A DNA stretch of 31,382 nucleotides. Source: an uncultured archaeon (GTDB taxonomy: Archaea > Asgardarchaeota > Lokiarchaeia > Sigyniarchaeales > SOKP01). The DNA lies in contig CAZGJX010000045.1 in the NCBI GenBank assembly GCA_964525635.1, forward strand, positions 1-31,382, given 5' to 3'. Positions 28,579 to 31,382 of this stretch are shown piece after piece; within the stretch, counting starts at the first letter, position 1, and every line of letters starts with the position of its first letter. The position numbers and the translations under genes are program-made. The notes under the pieces are model-generated. The model saw only the letters and a program-made list of their open reading frames with translations, made no database searches and was not told the origin of the DNA.

Positions 28579-28660
28579 GGAAAGATTATTAGATTAATAA
28601 CACTTAAGAAAATTATTCATTTTTCTGAAAAAGAATAAATAATCAGAAATATATATTATT

Positions 28661-28767
28661 ATGTCAATTCAAGATAAATCAATTGTAGGAAAAAAAGGGG
28701 ACATATAATCTAAAAAATTTTTAAAGACTTTGCAAGGATATGTCCTAGTGATGAAGTAATTTTTTAA
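28661..28767 (+). pseudogene. Remnant of an AbrB/MazE-type DNA-binding gene
   Basis: MSIQDKSIVGKKGDI*SKKFL then, after a frameshift, KDFARICPSDEVIF*; this resembles the AbrB pattern V..KG.I..PK..R...GI.PGD.V.F. Confidence 0.45.
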
Positions 28768-28905
28768 GTATCTAAAATTTACTCCTTTTTTTTTACTTTA
28801 AAGTTATATAATGATTTAATAAATAATGATTCTCTTAATATCTTTCAAGATTAATTGATTTAAACTAATAGATTTATTTTTATTCTAATAAAAATTATAT
28901 TATTC

Positions 28906-30183
28906 ATGAATTCTGATGAAGAATCTGATTCAATAATTCAAAAGATTAAGTTAGGTCGTAAATTCCGTCAAAATGGAGATAAAAAACGTGCTAAAGAATG
29001 TTATCAATGGGTAATGGATTATGAACCAAAAAATACAGACTTGTGGGAAAAAAAAGCAGCATTATTCCTTGAAAATAAGGAATATAAATTTGTTTTGAAA
29101 TGTTGTGAAAAAATGGAAGATCCCGCCTCATATCAATTAAGCGCGCTTTATATATTAGGTTCTTTGCATAGGAAACGTGGTAAAAAATTAAAAGCTCTTG
29201 AATGTTATAATAAAGCTTTAGAAATATATCCTGATTCACGCGTTGCAAGAAATGTTTTAGGCGAGATGTTTTTTGACGCAGCACGAGAGTTCAAAGAAAA
29301 AGCAGAGTCTTCCATCCATCAGGGTCCGCGCCTTCCCCTGTATATAAAGGCACTCAAATTCTTCCGAGAATATCATCACTTACATCCTAAACCTTCTGAT
29401 ATGTATGAACAGAGATCAATAATACAATTTTTAGAAGAATTGGGAGATATTTTTTTATCTCTAAGTCAGTATAATGAAGCATTAGAAATATATGAAATAA
29501 TAGTTCAATACAAGCCAAAGAAGAATACTATTTGGAATAAAATGGCTTCAATCCATTTCCTTCTTAATGATTATCAAAAATCCCTTGAATGTTATAATAC
29601 AATAATCGAATCAGATCCTAATAATGGTGAAATTTTAAATTCGATAGGAGATATTTACAAGTTAATAGGGGATAAAAAGAAAGCGGAAAGTTATTATCAA
29701 AAAGCAAATCAAAAAATTAATCCTAAAATTCAAAAATTACTCATTACAAGCAAAGATTATTTTGAAAAAGGAGAAAATGATAAATTAATGGAAAATCTCG
29801 GGAAGATCCTTGAATTGGATGAATATAACAAGGAAGCAACAGAATTAATGGCAAAACACTATTTCCCCCATGATATAGATAAAGCTATTGAATGGTATGA
29901 GAGATTAGTTTTTCTTGATGGAAGTAATTCTAAAGCATGGTGTTCATTGGGGATGGTGTATGAATTTAAGGAATTATATGAGAAAGCCGTGGAATGTTAT
30001 GAAGAAGCACTTTCTTATAACAAGAATGAAAAAGAAGCTTTAAAACAACTTGGTAGCCTTTTCAATGAACTCATGGACTATAAATTATCGGTACATTATT
30101 TTGAAAGGTATTTTAGACTTTTGCCTAATGATCAAGATGATGCATTAAAAGAACTATACGAAAACTCTCGTGCAAATCTGTAA
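28906..30183 (+). CDS. Tetratricopeptide repeat protein
   Basis: Repeated A.ECY..AL...P motifs, e.g. AWCSLGMVYEFKELYEKAVECYEEAL. Confidence 0.88.
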   Translation: MNSDEESDSIIQKIKLGRKFRQNGDKKRAKECYQWVMDYEPKNTDLWEKKAALFLENKEYKFVLKCCEKMEDPASYQLSALYILGSLHRKRGKKLKALECYNKALEIYPDSRVARNVLGEMFFDAAREFKEKAESSIHQGPRLPLYIKALKFFREYHHLHPKPSDMYEQRSIIQFLEELGDIFLSLSQYNEALEIYEIIVQYKPKKNTIWNKMASIHFLLNDYQKSLECYNTIIESDPNNGEILNSIGDIYKLIGDKKKAESYYQKANQKINPKIQKLLITSKDYFEKGENDKLMENLGKILELDEYNKEATELMAKHYFPHDIDKAIEWYERLVFLDGSNSKAWCSLGMVYEFKELYEKAVECYEEALSYNKNEKEALKQLGSLFNELMDYKLSVHYFERYFRLLPNDQDDALKELYENSRANL

Positions 30184-30416
30184 ATTCTATAATAAATATG
30201 ACTTATTACTCAAAATAAAAATCTTTAGAAATATTCAAATAAAAATAAATCAATAGAACCTCCTATTCTACTTAAATTAGGTAAATATCTTACTGAGATT
30301 TCCTATTATCTGTTTAAATCTTCTATTTCTTTAATTAAAAACAGAGATCATTTATAAAAGTGAATCTAGTCAAATAGTTATTTTACGATTAAAATTGATA
30401 ATAACAATAAGATAAT

Positions 30417-30463
30417 AGTGGACTTTCAATTCCATTTTCCATGTAAAACCTGATCTTTTCCAT
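30417..30463 (+). repeat. 47-bp intergenic element, copy 2
   Basis: AGTGGACTTTCAATTCCATTTTCCAT-N13-TTTTCCAT, same orientation and spacing as copy 1. Confidence 0.8.
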
Positions 30464-30672
30464 TAAAAAAAAGATTTTTAAGAAAAATATAAATATATCA
30501 ATTTTATATTAAAAAATACTTGGATTATGGATATATTCGAAAGTTTCCTTTGAGTAATGATAAAGAAGAATAAACATTGATTACCTTCTATTATTAGTAT
30601 TTTAATAGAATATAATATATCGACCTAAACATAAAATTTATATCTTTACTTAAATTATTCTTTTAGATTTAT

Positions 30673-31349
30673 ATGGAACAAATTCCTATTTTTATAAGTA
30701 TATCAACTCCTCCTTATAATAAGAAAATTGAAGAATCTGTAAACTTAATTTATAATATAATTGATAATTATCATATTGATAATTATAGATTTATAAGGAA
30801 TACATTGGGAATTACTTCTCATTCACATTTAAAAGGATTTATACATATTAAGAATGCAATAAAGAAATCATTTGGAGCTTTAGTTATAGGTTTTCCTAGA
30901 GATATAGTTACTGATAACAAGAAAGAAAGAAACCTACTTTATGGAACCATATTGAAGGATCAATGATTTATTTGTCTGAGAAGCCTATGTTGATTATTCG
31001 TGATATTAATATTGAAGATAATAACGGAATTTTTGACATTGCAAATATTGATCAAAATAATATTGATTCTGGATTAATTCAATATATTTCTGTAAATTTA
31101 GATAAAAATAATGAATTCCTCAATCCAAATAATAATTTAAATAAAATAATAAAAAATTTTCTCAGTAGAGTTTATTCTACTTATATTTCTAAAATAAAAA
31201 AGATTCCTATATATATTAGTGTTCCTTCCAAAAAGAACAGAAATCCTCACCAAGAACTTTTTTTTCAGAAAATAAATAGTATATTATCTAAAGAAAATGT
31301 ATATTTTACAAATAGTGATAATTATGGTTTTAAAAGTCTGTTTAGATAA
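30673..31349 (+). pseudogene. Frameshifted TIR-like/nucleoside deoxyribosyltransferase-like gene with the start of a second repeat domain
   Basis: ORF1 has IPIFISI...IKNAIKKSFGALVIGFPR. The ORF2 frame extends upstream of its ATG as KPTLWNHIEGSMIYLSEKPMLIIRD (W..IE motif). The break lies in a (GAAA)3 run at 30921-30932. A second IPIYISVP...Q..F domain start occurs near the end. Confidence 0.65.
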
Positions 31350-31382
31350 TAATTGAACCACCTTTTATTTATTTTTTGTAAA

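Noticed and set aside
28572-28583. TTTCCATGGAAA as an ORB/replication origin, or the 47-bp repeats as CRISPR or attC
   Set aside because: Spacing differs from the ORB core, there is no G-string or cdc6/orc1 nearby, only two copies lie 1.9 kb apart, and there are no attC RYYYAAC/GTTRRRY ends.
1847-29284. Short overlapping ORFs (1847, 3235, 5827, 7425, 10138, 11445, 13407, 19027, 20733, 21497, 21905, 23078, 25247, 28991)
   Set aside because: They lie antisense or out of frame to well-supported genes and have no motifs.
23863-31382. Integrated element at tRNA-Val
   Set aside because: No integrase and no duplicated tRNA 3' end within the window.

Overview
Very AT-rich archaeal chromosomal window, most consistent with an Asgard archaeon (Lokiarchaeia-like). 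This is inferred from archaeal uS15/eS1, several longin/roadblock and TPR-longin proteins, an arrestin-like fold, an SCP2 domain and a BHB-intron tRNA. The left and centre carry housekeeping and metabolic genes: ADP-forming acyl-CoA ligase alpha subunit, RNase III, RdgB, rps15, rps3ae, GlmU-like, sirtuin, radical SAM, rubrerythrin and pgk. They also carry a short Bd0055-like histone with a Lys/Ala N-terminal tail and a dispersed nickel-pincer module (His-insert NikR-like regulator, larC with an apparent ATT start, larB). A tRNA-Val(GAC) split by two 30-nt non-canonical introns lies at 23745-23876. The right end (about 27.9-31.4 kb) is a decaying accessory region: an amber-interrupted DUF695-like gene, an AbrB-like remnant, a TPR gene bracketed by two copies of a 47-bp element, and a frameshifted tandem TIR-like gene. 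No integrase, transposase, CRISPR array or rRNA was seen. All family calls come from motif recognition by eye, not database searches.
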